Part shown: in pieces, positions 40,125 to 51,381 of the stretch
Layout: each line of letters begins with the position of its first letter
Position numbering within the stretch: the first letter of the stretch is position 1
NCBI GenBank assembly: GCA_918797485.1
Contig: CAKKNE010000002.1
Coordinates: 2,852,001-2,916,000 of the forward strand
Direction of reading: 5' to 3'
Origin: Pelagomonas calceolata
Taxonomy: Eukaryota
DNA: 64,000 nucleotides
Program-made: the position numbers and the translations under genes
Notes under the pieces: generated by a model
Told to the model about the DNA's origin: nothing
The model's input: only the letters and a program-made list of their open reading frames with translations
Databases searched by the model: none

Positions 40125-42179
40125 ATGCGCAGGGCCGCCCTCGTAGCGGCGCGGGCCGCCACGCGAACGCCACCGCGAGTGCGCCAGCAGCACGCCGCGG
40201 CCTGGCGCCCCCACCAAGCGCCGCAGCCCCAGACGCGCCCCTTCGTCTCCTTCTTACGAACGAGACGCCTGAAAGCTCTGGAACGGGCCGCCGACGCGAA
40301 CCCGGCCGACGGCGCCGCGCAGATGGCGTTCGTGAGGGAACTGGGCAAGACGCACCCGGAGGCGGCCCTGCGGCGCATCGAAGCTTTGGATCCGGCGCGG
40401 CAAGCCGCCCTGCTGGAACCGCTGACGCGCGAGTACCTCAAAGCCTTGGTCGCGACGGGCCGCGTCGACACGATGGCCCTCGCGGACGTACGAAAGCGCC
40501 TCCTCGCCACGGCCGCCGCCACGAAAGCGAGCGCCGAGGCGGGCATGAGCGCCGCCGCACCGGTTGCGGGTTTAGCGGCGGTGGGCACGGCCGCGAATCC
40601 TGTGCAAGTGGCGGTCGTCCAGGCCGGGTGGAAGTCGCAGTTGTGGCGGACCGTGCGCGTGCTGGCCGTCGCGTTTTTGGCTTTGAGTGCTTTTGGGGCG
40701 TTGTTGGACGAGAAGGGCGTGTCGTCGAGGTTAGGGGCTACGTCTTCCGCGGTTCACACTGCGGAAAGCAGCGACAAGCGCTTTTCCGACGTCTGTGGCG
40801 TCGACGAGGCGAAAGCTGAGTTAGAAGAAATCGTAATGTACCTGAAAGATCCGGGGCGGTTCACAAGATTGGGCGGCAAACTCCCGAAGGGTTGTCTGCT
40901 CATGGGTCCTCCTGGTACTGGTAAGACCTTGCTAGCGAGAGCCATCGCAGGAGAAGCAGGAGTACCATTCTTTTATGCCTCAGGAAGCGAGTTCGAGGAG
41001 ATGTATGTTGGTGTGGGGGCGCGACGCGTGCGCGATTTGTTTGATGCAGCGAAGAAACGCTCCCCATGCATCGTCTTCATCGACGAGATCGACGCGATTG
41101 GCGCCTCACGCCATCTCAAGGAGCAGCAGGCCATGAAGATGACCCTGAATCAACTGTTAGTTGAGATGGACGGCTTCGAGCAGAACCAGGGGGTTATTGT
41201 GATCGGCGCGACGAACATCGCCGATTCCTTGGATCCGGCGTTGTTGCGACCTGGACGATTTGATAGACATGTCGCGGTACCTCTACCGGACATCGAAGGC
41301 AGAAAGCAGATCCTGCAGTTACATGCGTCGAAAGTACCCCTAGATCCCAAGGCGGACCTCACGACGCTAGCCAAGGGCACGCCGGGCATGTCCGGTGCTG
41401 ATCTCAGTAATTTAGTGAACCAGGCCGCGTTAAAAGCGGCTCTAGATGGTCTTGAGTCAGTAACAGCGTCAGCCTTGGATTATGCCAAAGATAAGATCCT
41501 GATGGGTGCCGAGCGAAAGTCCGCTGTTTTGTCGGAAGAAACTATCAGGATGACGGCCTTTCATGAGGGTGGGCATGCTCTCGTAGCGTTGCATACGCCT
41601 GGCGCGGACCCGGTCCATAAGGCGACCGTGATGCCGCGGGGCCAGGCATTAGGTATGGTCCAGCAACTGCCCGAAGGGGACCAGACGTCCTTCACGAAGC
41701 GGCAGATGCTCGCGAGGATGGACGTCTGCATGGGCGGGCGGGTCGCCGAAGAACTTGTGTACGGAGCAGACGAAGTGACCTCTGGGGCCTCGTCCGACAT
41801 CGTCCAAGCCACGCGGCTCGCGCGAAATATGGTCACGAAGTGGGGCTTTAGTGACGAGGTTGGGGTTGTGTATCATTCCGGGAAGGTGGGTGCGGACCAC
41901 TCGCCGTCGCCGGAGACGCAAGCTGCTATTGATTTAGAAGTGAAGCGGCTGTGCGAGGCGTCTTATGCACGCGCTACCAAAATCCTGACGGATCATAGGG
42001 ATGAGTTGGATCTCGTGGCGCATGCGCTTATCGCAAGGGAAACATTATCGGGCGCGGAGTTGAAAGAAGTGATTGGGATGGGCGTTGCCAAAGCACCAAA
42101 GCCGCCGCTGGTGCCCGAGGTGAGCATCAAGCCGCCGCGGCTGAAGCCTGCGGCGACGGCCGGCGCGGCCGCCGCCTAA
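40125..42179 (+). CDS. YME1: Mitochondrial i-AAA protease (FtsH4/YME1L-like)
   Basis: Walker [42 protein letters not shown] and HEGGH; mitochondrial presequence. Confidence 0.95.
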   Translation: MRRAALVAARAATRTPPRVRQQHAAAWRPHQAPQPQTRPFVSFLRTRRLKALERAADANPADGAAQMAFVRELGKTHPEAALRRIEALDPARQAALLEPLTREYLKALVATGRVDTMALADVRKRLLATAAATKASAEAGMSAAAPVAGLAAVGTAANPVQVAVVQAGWKSQLWRTVRVLAVAFLALSAFGALLDEKGVSSRLGATSSAVHTAESSDKRFSDVCGVDEAKAELEEIVMYLKDPGRFTRLGGKLPKGCLLMGPPGTGKTLLARAIAGEAGVPFFYASGSEFEEMYVGVGARRVRDLFDAAKKRSPCIVFIDEIDAIGASRHLKEQQAMKMTLNQLLVEMDGFEQNQGVIVIGATNIADSLDPALLRPGRFDRHVAVPLPDIEGRKQILQLHASKVPLDPKADLTTLAKGTPGMSGADLSNLVNQAALKAALDGLESVTASALDYAKDKILMGAERKSAVLSEETIRMTAFHEGGHALVALHTPGADPVHKATVMPRGQALGMVQQLPEGDQTSFTKRQMLARMDVCMGGRVAEELVYGADEVTSGASSDIVQATRLARNMVTKWGFSDEVGVVYHSGKVGADHSPSPETQAAIDLEVKRLCEASYARATKILTDHRDELDLVAHALIARETLSGAELKEVIGMGVAKAPKPPLVPEVSIKPPRLKPAATAGAAAA

Positions 42180-42203
42180 GTAGCTAGTCTGTAGTTCTCT
42201 TCT

Positions 42204-42246
42204 GTCGCGCGGTGTCCCGTCCCCAGGAGCTCCGCCAACTAGTCCT
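42204..42246. repeat. Dispersed 3'-flank repeat, diverged copy
   Basis: GTCGCGCGGTGTCCCGTCCCCAGGAGCTCCGCCAACTAGTCCT. Confidence 0.6.
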
Positions 42247-42464
42247 CCTATTGCCTAGGCCGCCTAGCCGCGGAGCCGGAGCGAGGCCTGCACGACCGCA
42301 CGCCCGGCCCTGTTGCGTACTCTATAGCCCGGTTGCCACCGTGACATACCCTCCGTCAATCCCAAAGCCCCGCCTCTGACGCCGTCGAAGCGAGGATGGC
42401 GCGTCGATGGCGTGCAGCGGGCGTAGAATGACAAGAATCTTAATCGCCGGGTACCACGACCCGG

Positions 42465-43040
42465 TCAGACCTGGGCGCCCTCGGCCGTCTCCTGCGCCCC
42501 GCGCGCGAGCGACTGTAGTAAAGCGCCGGTAATAGCCAGCGCCAGCAGGAAGTTGAAGAAGACCGTGAAGCCGAGCATCGAGAACTTGATGTCGCTCGTG
42601 TCGATGGCGTTCCAGATGTCGTTCTGCGCGAAGTAGTAGAGCGACACCATGACCGCGTGCAGGCCGAGCGTCGTGGCTTGCGACGGTTCTGCTGCTTCTC
42701 TAGCCGCTCCGAGGTACTCGAGCATCAGCGCGTGCAGCGAGACGACGAAGCCGAACAAAAGGGCCGCCTGGATCGTGACCACAAAACTGCCCTGGCGCTG
42801 CATCACGTTTGGCTTTCCTTTATCAGTAATAGAGAAAACGTAGCCCTGGCCGGGGTAGAGCACGTCGTCGCCGGGCTCGTTCGACACGTACACGGCGTTG
42901 CTGAACACGCACAGCAGGAGGTGGAGGCCGTGCAGTAATGCCGCCGCGCCGCCGGCCCGCTTCATGGACGGCGCCGCCGGCAGCGTCACGGAGAGCGTCG
43001 GGCGCGGCTCCACAGCATCAGGGGGTTTTTCTTCCATCAT
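42465..43040 (-). CDS. Hypothetical multi-pass membrane protein
   Basis: 191-aa ORF with four hydrophobic segments. The 3' end may be spliced (CAG|GTCTGA). Confidence 0.6.
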   Translation of the reverse strand: MMEEKPPDAVEPRPTLSVTLPAAPSMKRAGGAAALLHGLHLLLCVFSNAVYVSNEPGDDVLYPGQGYVFSITDKGKPNVMQRQGSFVVTIQAALLFGFVVSLHALMLEYLGAAREAAEPSQATTLGLHAVMVSLYYFAQNDIWNAIDTSDIKFSMLGFTVFFNFLLALAITGALLQSLARGAQETAEGAQV

Positions 43041-43478
43041 CGTCCGGCCGGAGCTTTATGAGGTGACAGGGGGAACGAGTGGAGCGACGACGAAGCTTTG
43101 CGGCGCGCGGTGCTGGTCGGTGCTGCGTGCGCGTTTCCAGCGCAGGGCAGCCTGGCTCTCACAGCGCTGGCGCTTTGGAACAGTGGCCACACGCTCTCCC
43201 TAGCGCCGTGCGCGGGAGCCGTAGTGTACGAGTGCGGAACGAGTCTCCGAGGATACCTACGGAGGCGTCTTGCAAAATCGGAGCTAGTATGTCGATACAC
43301 TAAGCTCTCTGCGGGGCACGCGCTTTGACCCGCTTTATCTGTCGCGCTGCGCGTTGCTACGAGCAGACGCCGTCGGCGCAGGCGCTCACAGCCTTAGCGC
43401 GCTAGCCGGAGCATCCCTGCGACTCGCAAGGTCGGTCTATCCAAGCCAAGGTCTCGTCGGGCTCCCCACGCCGCCAAG

Positions 43479-44750
43479 ATGCCCCGCGCCAAACAAAAGA
43501 AAGCGTCATGCTCTTTAACGGAGGTCGTCTTCGTCCTTGTATTATTAGCCTGTGGTTTCATGATCGGCTTCGTCGGCTCTCATACATCGTCGGAAGAGGA
43601 CGCGCCGGTAAGACTAAGGCAGCACCCCGCCATTCCCCCCAGACACATCGCGGAGCAGCACTCAAGCGGTCCATTGAACGCCTCGATGTGGGGGCACATC
43701 CCACAACCTTTTGAGGGCTACGCGTCAAAGTGCGGCCCGACACCCGAGGAGGGATACCCAAAAACAGCACCCATAGCTGATATAATAAAAAACTGGAACC
43801 CCGACGCGGGCAAGTGGACTCCATCACACATGTACGAGAGCGTTTGTAGATTTGACTATGCGACTGATTTGGACAAAGCCATCGCTTACAGGGATGCGGA
43901 AGTCCCTTTCCAGTTGTACAACGTGCCGTCCATGAACGCCGTCGCGCGAGCCTGGAGTGACCCGGCGCACTTAAGAAGAAAATTGGGAGCCACCACAAAG
44001 TACAAGTGCGAGGCGAGCAACCCGGGAGGGGAAGCGAATTTTGGGGCCAACCACTTCATGTATACGAATGGGAGATCGTCGAGAAATCCTCCGATAAAAA
44101 ACGTCCAGCTGTCCTGGGACGACTGGCTCCGCAAGATCGACGAGGCCGTCAACACGAGCGTGTTGGAGCCGAACTCGCGGTTCTACTTCCGGTTCTCCGC
44201 GTCGTCGCCGTCGGACGCGCGGTCGGGCTGGCTCTTCAAGGAGCTGCCGTTCTTTCAGCCGAAACCAAATGTGTTCTTCAAGGACCCGCGCGCGCAACGA
44301 GGCATTCACTGTCGGTTCGGCATGGAGGGCATCGTGGCGGAAGCGCACTGGGACGGCTCTAGGAATACGATCGCCCAGTTCTATGGGAGAAGGAGATATG
44401 TATTGGTAGACCCCGACCACACGTGCGACATGTACCTGCTGGCCAAGAACCACCCGTCCGGCAGACATAGTAAGGTGGACTGGTCGAATCCGGACTCATG
44501 GGAGAAGTTCCCGGACTTTCCGACGATGCCCGCGCACGAGGTCGTCCAGCGCCCCGGCGATTTCCTCTACCTGCCGACCTATTACTTGCACTACATCGTG
44601 AGCATCGACACGAACTACCAGTGCAACACGCGGAGCGGGCGCGACGATAGGCAATTGAAGGTCGTAAACAAGTGCACGCCCGGCTTCGAGAAGCAGGCGT
44701 CTCCGCCGCGCCGCGGAAAGAAGCCGTGGCCGAGCCGGGGGAAGTTCTAG
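43479..44750 (+). CDS. JmjC/cupin-8 Fe(II)/2OG oxygenase with an N-terminal membrane anchor
   Basis: HxD..H triad within RFGMEGIVAEAHWDGSRNTIAQFYGRRRY and PGDFLYLPTYYLHYI. Confidence 0.85.
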   Translation: MPRAKQKKASCSLTEVVFVLVLLACGFMIGFVGSHTSSEEDAPVRLRQHPAIPPRHIAEQHSSGPLNASMWGHIPQPFEGYASKCGPTPEEGYPKTAPIADIIKNWNPDAGKWTPSHMYESVCRFDYATDLDKAIAYRDAEVPFQLYNVPSMNAVARAWSDPAHLRRKLGATTKYKCEASNPGGEANFGANHFMYTNGRSSRNPPIKNVQLSWDDWLRKIDEAVNTSVLEPNSRFYFRFSASSPSDARSGWLFKELPFFQPKPNVFFKDPRAQRGIHCRFGMEGIVAEAHWDGSRNTIAQFYGRRRYVLVDPDHTCDMYLLAKNHPSGRHSKVDWSNPDSWEKFPDFPTMPAHEVVQRPGDFLYLPTYYLHYIVSIDTNYQCNTRSGRDDRQLKVVNKCTPGFEKQASPPRRGKKPWPSRGKF

Positions 44751-44831
44751 TAAGGGTCGTTGTGACGAATCTAGAGAGAGACGATTGTGTTCCTGCTTAC
44801 ACGAATAAATGAAGCGGGGAGCGAATGCGCC

Positions 44832-45412
44832 TTACTTGGTCGGCGCGCTTGTGGCCGACGGCATAGAGCTCGGCGCGGCCGTAGCCGTCGGCGTCGACGA
44901 TGGAGCGTAGGTGTCCGTGGTCGGCGCGTAAGATGGCGCGTCCGTCATCGCCCTCGTCGGCGCGTAGGTTTCCGAGCGCGTAGGCGTGAACGTCGCTGTA
45001 GGCGCATGCGTCGGGTCTTGCGTCGGTGATGTGGACGGGACGGCCGAGACAGTAGGCGCCGGCGTTCCCGTCGGCGCAGCGGACGGCCCGGCACTCGGCG
45101 CAGAAGTCGGCGCCGGCGGCGGATCAATTGCACCGACCATCATCACCTTCTTTGAAGACGGGCTCAGAAGGCGTCGGAGGTGGCGGCGTACGGTTGTAAC
45201 AACAGCACACACGGTCCCTTTGCCGTCGCTGCATCGATCCATTCCGGGCAGAACTGGTTATCGATGGAACAGTCCCAACCGTGACATGTCCCTGTGACGT
45301 CGAGCGGCCTCAGGCCCAAGCTCTCTGTGCCCGCGGGGCATTGGCCGGCGCATTCTGCGCTCGCACGAATGCTACAGAGCAGCACGCCGATGACGGTGGC
45401 CTTGAAACCCAT
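44832..45412 (-). pseudogene. Secreted Cys-rich + PT/PS-repeat (mucin-like) protein, frame-disrupted or with unresolved splicing
   Basis: The signal peptide and Cys-rich start are in one frame (stop at 45164); the APT/APS repeats are in another. Confidence 0.4.
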
Positions 45413-45876
45413 GGTCTCGTTTTTCCTGCGTGCGTCGTCGCAGCGTCGAGGACTCGAAGTTCAATCGACGGGGCGTTCGTGTGTGTAGCGTACTAATCGC
45501 CGCGCGTCTGCCCCGTACCGTTAACGGTACAGGGCACGTCGTGCCGACGAAACCGCGCCGGGCGGCGGCGCCGCCGCCGCGTACCGGGACTCCGGGAGCC
45601 GCCCGGCGCGCGCTGCTGAAGCGCACCGCGACACGACGGGCGGTCGCGGTCTATGGCGGGCTTCTTTGGAACTGTATTGCGGCTCGGGAGCGTACCTTGG
45701 CAGCGTTTCCTAGGTCTGCCTGTTTTGCGCTTTTTTTTCCTCCCGTGCACGCTTTGATGATGAGTCTTGTGTCGTGATGAGCTAGGTTCAAAGTTATCAA
45801 CCGTGATTTGTGCGTAACGCTTCAGATCGCGCGCTGCACAAGATATCCGACTGGAAGGCTCCGGAGCTTTTTGCAT

Positions 45877-45900
45877 GCTAGTGTCTTACAGGCCGCTAGC
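45877..45900 (+). promoter_or_regulatory. Upstream 24-bp motif, copy 7 (matches consensus)
   Basis: GCTAGTGTCTTACAGGCCGCTAGC, about 180 bp before the YebC ATG. Confidence 0.65.
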
Positions 45901-46078
45901 CCAGACCGCTCGGTGAAAAAAAAAAGGTAGCCGCTGCCGGTTGCGTGCTGCTCCAGACGCACGGGCTGCTGCATCGCTAACGATCGCTGCGTCATCGCTG
46001 CGGTCGTTCACTCCAATTGTTTAGCTGTGTGGCAAGCTGTGTGAGAGCGCTCTCTGTGTGTTACACGCCAGCACCGCG

Positions 46079-46786
46079 ATGCTGCGCATCGTCCGACGCC
46101 TGGCCGGTCATAGCAAGTGGGCCAATATCCGCCACAAGAAAGGAGGCAAGGACGCGGCGAAAGCCGACCAGTTCCAGAAACTCGCAAAGGTCATCGAAAC
46201 GTCCTCAAAACTCGCGGGCGGCGACCGGTCGCACCCCGCTCTGGCCTCGGCGCTCTCGCGCGCCAAGGACGCGCGAATGCCCAAGAAGACGGTCGACGCC
46301 GCCGTGACGCGCGGCGGCGCGGACAAGAGTGCGGGCGCGGGCCTGGAAGAACTCTACTACGAAGGCACGCTTCCGGGCGGCGTAGGTGTTATTGTTGATG
46401 CCCTCTCGGACAACAAGAACCGCACCGCTGGCGAAGTGCGCGCGACGTTCAAAAAGCACGGCGGCGCGCTGGGCGCGCCCGGCAGCGTCGCGTGGAATTG
46501 GCGGCGCGTCGCCGAAATTCGGCCGGCTGTGCCCGTCGACGAGGAAAAACTCTTCGAGGTCGCTGTGGAGGCAGGCGCGGACGACGTCGTCGACGACGCC
46601 GTATTCGCCGACCCCGCATTGTCGGCGTCCATCCGCGACGCGCTGGACGCCGCGGGGTTCGTGGTCGAAGCGTCTGACCGGATATGGATCCCCGAGGACC
46701 GCGTCGACGCGCCCGCGCCGCATGCAGCCCTCGACGCGCTCGACGCGCTCGACGACGTTTCCGCCGTGTGGCACAACGCCCAATAA
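46079..46786 (+). CDS. YebC/PmpR/TACO1-family protein, probably mitochondrial
   Basis: Motifs AGHSKWANIRHKKG, YEG..PGGVGVIVDALSDNKNRT and LDDVSAVWHN. Confidence 0.92.
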   Translation: MLRIVRRLAGHSKWANIRHKKGGKDAAKADQFQKLAKVIETSSKLAGGDRSHPALASALSRAKDARMPKKTVDAAVTRGGADKSAGAGLEELYYEGTLPGGVGVIVDALSDNKNRTAGEVRATFKKHGGALGAPGSVAWNWRRVAEIRPAVPVDEEKLFEVAVEAGADDVVDDAVFADPALSASIRDALDAAGFVVEASDRIWIPEDRVDAPAPHAALDALDALDDVSAVWHNAQ

Positions 46787-46796
46787 AATGTATGTG

Positions 46797-48203
46797 TTAT
46801 GAACCTCTACTCGCCCGCCGCACGCCGTCGTTCACCTCCTCGAGGCCGCTCATCGGCGGCACGTAGCCCCGCTTCTGGGCCTCGCGGCCGAGGTCCTCCA
46901 TGAAGGACGCGTGCTGGTCGGGGAATCTGAAAGACACCTTGAGCTGCGACGTCTTCTTCGAGAATTTGGCCTCGGTCCGTCGCGGGTCAACCGGCGCCGC
47001 GAATCTAACAACAAGGTCGTCGTGGCCGGGGACCACGATGCGACACCGCTGGCCGTCGCAGTCCAAGTCCTTGGCGCGCGCGCCGGGCGGCAGCGCGACC
47101 GTCAGCTCGTAGCCACTTTCGGTCGCCTGGAGCGCGTGGTCCGGCGTGTTCGCGACGGGTTCCTCCTCGTCGATGTCGTCGTCCTCGAGGTCGAGGTCCT
47201 CGAGGGCCTCCGCCGCGACGGGGTCGCTCCAACCCTCATCGTCGGCGTCGTCCGCGTCCGCCGCGACGGGCGCGCTCCAGCCCTCGTCGTTGTCGGCGCC
47301 GTCGGCGCCGCCGGCCGCGGACCCGAAGGCCTCCGCGAACGCGCTATCCAGATTGTCGTCGTCGTCATGGACGACGGCGACGTTGCCGCCGCCCGTCGTC
47401 GGCTTCGGTGGCGCGGGCTTCGGCGTCGACTTCGGCTTCGACTTCGGCTTCGAAGCGCCGCCGGCGCGCCGTTTCCGCCGCGCCTCGACGGCCGCGCGCA
47501 CGCCCGCGAAGGCCGGGTCGCCCCGTAATGCTTTCACGGCTCTTTTCGCATCGTCCGGCAGCCGCTCCACGGCGTCGGCGCTCATGCCCATGGACCGCTC
47601 GGCGGCGTCGAGCTGCGAGTCGTCCAGACTGTCCTCGTCTTCTTTTAACGCAGCCTTCATCTCCTTCGACGCCTCGTCGACCAACCCGAGTTTGACACAG
47701 GCCTCGCGGATCTCCCCGAACGCAACGCCCTCGCGCACGCCTCGTAATTTTTCACCTGCTGTAGGGTCAGCACTACAAGCCGCGTCGACCTGCGCCTCGC
47801 TCATGGTCATCGCGGCCGCGACCGCCCGCAACATGTCCTCGTCGACCTCGAGCCGGTCCGCCGCCTCCTGGATCGGCGTGCGCTTCCTGTTGGGTCGAGC
47901 TTGACGCTTCTTTTCCCGCTCCCGCTTGAGTTGTTCCGCCTTTGTTGAGGCAGCCTCGGCGCGCTCTTTTTGCACCATCTCGACACGCCGTTTCACGGCC
48001 TCGACCGATAACGCGGCCTGGCGGTAGGGCGCGAAGTCCGCACTACTAAGCATCATCTCGACCTTTTGGCGCACGGGCCCCGCTTCCAACGAGTTCTTCT
48101 GGGCTTCGCTGAAGCACATCGACTGCGCGACGAGTCGCAAGACGTCAAACACCAAGTCTTGGGCTTTCGCCACCTTCTGGAGCTCGCCGTCGACGGCCTC
48201 CAT
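46797..48203 (-). CDS. Protein with an acidic linker and a C-terminal CS/PIH1-like domain
   Basis: 468-aa ORF; LTVALP..DLD..LVVRF..VD..EAKFSKKTSQLKV resembles the PIH1 CS domain. Confidence 0.6.
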   Translation of the reverse strand: MEAVDGELQKVAKAQDLVFDVLRLVAQSMCFSEAQKNSLEAGPVRQKVEMMLSSADFAPYRQAALSVEAVKRRVEMVQKERAEAASTKAEQLKREREKKRQARPNRKRTPIQEAADRLEVDEDMLRAVAAAMTMSEAQVDAACSADPTAGEKLRGVREGVAFGEIREACVKLGLVDEASKEMKAALKEDEDSLDDSQLDAAERSMGMSADAVERLPDDAKRAVKALRGDPAFAGVRAAVEARRKRRAGGASKPKSKPKSTPKPAPPKPTTGGGNVAVVHDDDDNLDSAFAEAFGSAAGGADGADNDEGWSAPVAADADDADDEGWSDPVAAEALEDLDLEDDDIDEEEPVANTPDHALQATESGYELTVALPPGARAKDLDCDGQRCRIVVPGHDDLVVRFAAPVDPRRTEAKFSKKTSQLKVSFRFPDQHASFMEDLGREAQKRGYVPPMSGLEEVNDGVRRASRGS

Positions 48204-48715
48204 GGTTTTGGCAGTCGGTTGCTCGCTTTGCTAGCTGCTTTTGCAGCTGCTATCGAAGGCAGCAGCTATGCTTTGGCAGTGTGGAGCTGGTGAGCAACTC
48301 TACCACCTCGCGTGCAGGTTCGAACGACTTGCGAGATTCCTTTCTAGTGATTTTTTGGATCGATGTCGAGGTTTGGCAGCTTTTCAGGCTCAGCTTTGCA
48401 AATCGATGCCTTAAGCTGCCGGAGGGCCTTTGGCCGCATCGATGGCCACACGGTTGCCCAACGCTGGATGGATCACACCGGGAGCCATCTATGTTCGGGA
48501 TCGGTGCAGGCGGTGCCCCCAAAACCCGATTTGATTTGGGGCTCCGGCGCCGGCGCCGCGCGCAGTTTAAAATAGCGGTGCAAGCAGCGCGCGCGGCACT
48601 GACCGCCTCGACTAGTTCCAGCGCGGCCACAGTTCTGCGCGCGCCCGCAGCTCAAAGCGCGCGCCGAGACCGATCCGCCTACAGAGCGCGGCAGGGTCAG
48701 CGCGCACGCGCAGCC

Positions 48716-51205
48716 ATGGACATCCGCAACTTCTTCGCCAAGAAGCCCGCGAAGGCGCCGGCCGCCGCGCCGCCGCCCGCCACGCAGAAGCCGAAGGCGC
48801 CCGCGGCCGCGCCCAAGGTCTCGCCCGAGGCCGCCCCACCACAAAAGCCCGCGTCGCCGAACCCGTCTCCAGCGAAAGCGCCGCGCGCCGCCAAGTCGCC
48901 GCCGAAGGCCAAGAGCCCGCCGAAGGCCAAGTCGCCGGCCAAGGCCACGGCGAGCGCCCACTTCGACGAGAAGCCGAAGAAGCGCAAGGCCACCGACGTC
49001 CTCGGCTTTACGGATGAAAAAGAAGACTCCGATTCAGACGTCGAGATGGGCGCTACCATTCCACCGCCGGTAGAAGAAAAAAAACCGCCGAAGAAGAAGA
49101 AGACGGCGGGGCTCATCGACGCCGCGGGCTTCTTTGGCGGGAAAGAAGCGGTCCCCGAGGTCGTAAAACCGGCCGTAACACAGAAGAAGGAGCAAACTTT
49201 TAAACCGTTACCGAAGAAGGCGCCCGCGGAGCCGCAGTTAGCCTTGACGGGAACGACGTTCGTGTTCACGGGTGTCCTGGCCGGCGACGACGTGACGCGA
49301 GAGCTCGCTGAAGACATGATTAAGGAGAGAGGCGGCAAGTGCACTGGTGCAGTTTCTGGGAGGACGAATTATGTGGTCTGTGGCGAGTTACTGGAAGACG
49401 GGCGACCTGTGGAAGAGGGCAGCAAGTTCCGAGCGGCCGAAGATAAGAAAACTACTCTCATCAGAGGAGCAAGGGCCTTCAAGCAGTTCCTGCAGGACGC
49501 CGACGCGAAGTTCAAGGACAAGGCGCCGCCCGTCAAGGCGTTACCACCTCTAGAGAGACCCAAAGCGGCCCCGGGATTGTGGGCGGACCGCCACAAGCCG
49601 AAGCAAAATAAGGACATGATGGGCAACGGCGACATTCGTTCGAAGCTCGGGAAGTGGCTCGACCAGTGGGAACGGGTCCATCTCGGCGACCCGAAGAAAC
49701 GCATCAAGCCCAAACATGAACCGCAGAACCCGTCGGCTCGGGCGGCGCTCTTGTCGGGACCGCCGGGCATCGGCAAAAGCACGATGGCCGCGTTACTATG
49801 TGAACAGCGAGGTTTTGAGGTTGTTGAGTATAACGCCTCAGATACACGTAGTAAGAAGTCGATAGAAGGTGGGTTGGCCGACGCTCTGGGTTGTGGTTCT
49901 CTCTTCGGCAAGAAGGGCGGCCAGCGACGTAGACGGTGTGTTATTATGGATGAAGTTGATGGGCTGTCGGCGTCGGATAGGGGTGGCTCTGCAGCATTGA
50001 TCAAATTGATCAAGACCACGGCCACGCCGATCATCTGCATCTGCAACGATCGTCAAAGCCCAAAGGTGAAATCCTTAGCGAACCATTGTTATGATTTGCG
50101 GTGTAAGCGACCGATGAAGCAGATCGTCGCGAAAAGATTAGTTGCTGTAGCAGCAGCCGAAGGCTTAACTCTAGAACAGAACGCCGCGGAACTGCTCGTG
50201 GACTCCTGCGGTAATGATATCAGACAGTGTTTGAACGCCCTACAGATGTGGACGCAATCGAACGCTTCGGGCAAGGCGACCTACGGCGACATGAAGGGCC
50301 GCATCTCTGCTATTTCTAAAGATGAAATGCAGCGCGCGTCGACCTTCGACGCGGCGAAGATGATTTTAAGTGACCACCAGCGCAAGTCCCACATCGATAG
50401 GGTCGAGGCGTTCTTCCACGACTATACGGCCATGCCCCTCATGGTCCAACAGAGTTACATCCAGGCGGCGATGAACGCGAAGGAGGGCGGGAAACCTTTG
50501 TCTCAATTAGGGAAGCTAGAACGCATTTCTGAGGCAGCTGAAAGGTTATCTGATGTGGATTTGATCGACAGGCGCATCCGCCAGGACCAGGACTGGTCCC
50601 TACTACCTTTACAAGCGTCTACTACGGTCGGTGTGGGCGCGACCGTGGGAGGCTTCTGCATGAACCCCCAGTTCTCGCAGTGGTTCGGGAAGAACTCGAC
50701 CACGCAGAAGAATCGGCGGCAGTGCGCCGATTTATCGTATAGGTTGGGGCATCGCGTCTCTGCTGGGAGGGAAGCGGTCCGGCGCGACTATCTAGGACCT
50801 TTGTTAAGGCACGTGTCGGCGCCTCTACTGGGAGGAGACGCGTCGGGCACGATAGAAAGGTTAGATGCGTACGGTCTGTCGCGGGACGACCTCATGGAGA
50901 CGCTGCCCGACCTGGAATTACACGACAAGGACAAGCCCAAGCTGTTCGCGTCGCTCGACGCCAAGGCTAAATCAGCCTTCACGCGCGCTTATAACAGTGT
51001 GGGCCACTCGGCGCAGGGCCTCCAGCCGGCCTCGATGGTCGTCAAAAAGAAGCGCAAGAAGTCTTCGACAGACAACATGCAGGTCGACGACGACGACTAC
51101 GTCTCCGAGGAGGACGAGGAGGAGGTCGACGTGTCGCAGCTCTTCGCGAAGAAGAAGCGCAAGGCGCCTTCCAAGAAGCCTGCCGCGCGCAAGAAGAAGA
51201 AGTAG
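48716..51205 (+). CDS. RFC1: Replication factor C large subunit
   Basis: BRCT motif LTGTTFVFTG..GGKCTGAVSGRTNYVV, plus LWADRHKP, LSGPPGIGKST, EYNASDTRSK, IMDEVDG and PIICICND. Confidence 0.96.
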   Translation: MDIRNFFAKKPAKAPAAAPPPATQKPKAPAAAPKVSPEAAPPQKPASPNPSPAKAPRAAKSPPKAKSPPKAKSPAKATASAHFDEKPKKRKATDVLGFTDEKEDSDSDVEMGATIPPPVEEKKPPKKKKTAGLIDAAGFFGGKEAVPEVVKPAVTQKKEQTFKPLPKKAPAEPQLALTGTTFVFTGVLAGDDVTRELAEDMIKERGGKCTGAVSGRTNYVVCGELLEDGRPVEEGSKFRAAEDKKTTLIRGARAFKQFLQDADAKFKDKAPPVKALPPLERPKAAPGLWADRHKPKQNKDMMGNGDIRSKLGKWLDQWERVHLGDPKKRIKPKHEPQNPSARAALLSGPPGIGKSTMAALLCEQRGFEVVEYNASDTRSKKSIEGGLADALGCGSLFGKKGGQRRRRCVIMDEVDGLSASDRGGSAALIKLIKTTATPIICICNDRQSPKVKSLANHCYDLRCKRPMKQIVAKRLVAVAAAEGLTLEQNAAELLVDSCGNDIRQCLNALQMWTQSNASGKATYGDMKGRISAISKDEMQRASTFDAAKMILSDHQRKSHIDRVEAFFHDYTAMPLMVQQSYIQAAMNAKEGGKPLSQLGKLERISEAAERLSDVDLIDRRIRQDQDWSLLPLQASTTVGVGATVGGFCMNPQFSQWFGKNSTTQKNRRQCADLSYRLGHRVSAGREAVRRDYLGPLLRHVSAPLLGGDASGTIERLDAYGLSRDDLMETLPDLELHDKDKPKLFASLDAKAKSAFTRAYNSVGHSAQGLQPASMVVKKKRKKSSTDNMQVDDDDYVSEEDEEEVDVSQLFAKKKRKAPSKKPAARKKKK

Positions 51206-51381
51206 GCCTCTCTCCCTCGTAACTTATGTCTCGCTGACTCATTGCTAGGGCCGCGTCGACGCCGTCGACGCGTCGTCGGAGATGGGAAAACCCGTTCGCT
51301 CTCGCGCTGCTCGAGCTTTGGGCAGCCTCTGTGCCGCAAATTCGCCTTTATAAATCACTTTGGGGGCAGCCAAGAAACGTC

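Noticed and set aside
45750..45830. TGATGA boxes as a C/D snoRNA
   Set aside because: No matching D box (CTGA) or terminal stem at a suitable distance.
48281..48715. N-terminal extension of RFC1 in the ORF track
   Set aside because: Non-ATG start in promoter-like sequence; MDIRNFF at 48716 is the typical RFC1 start.
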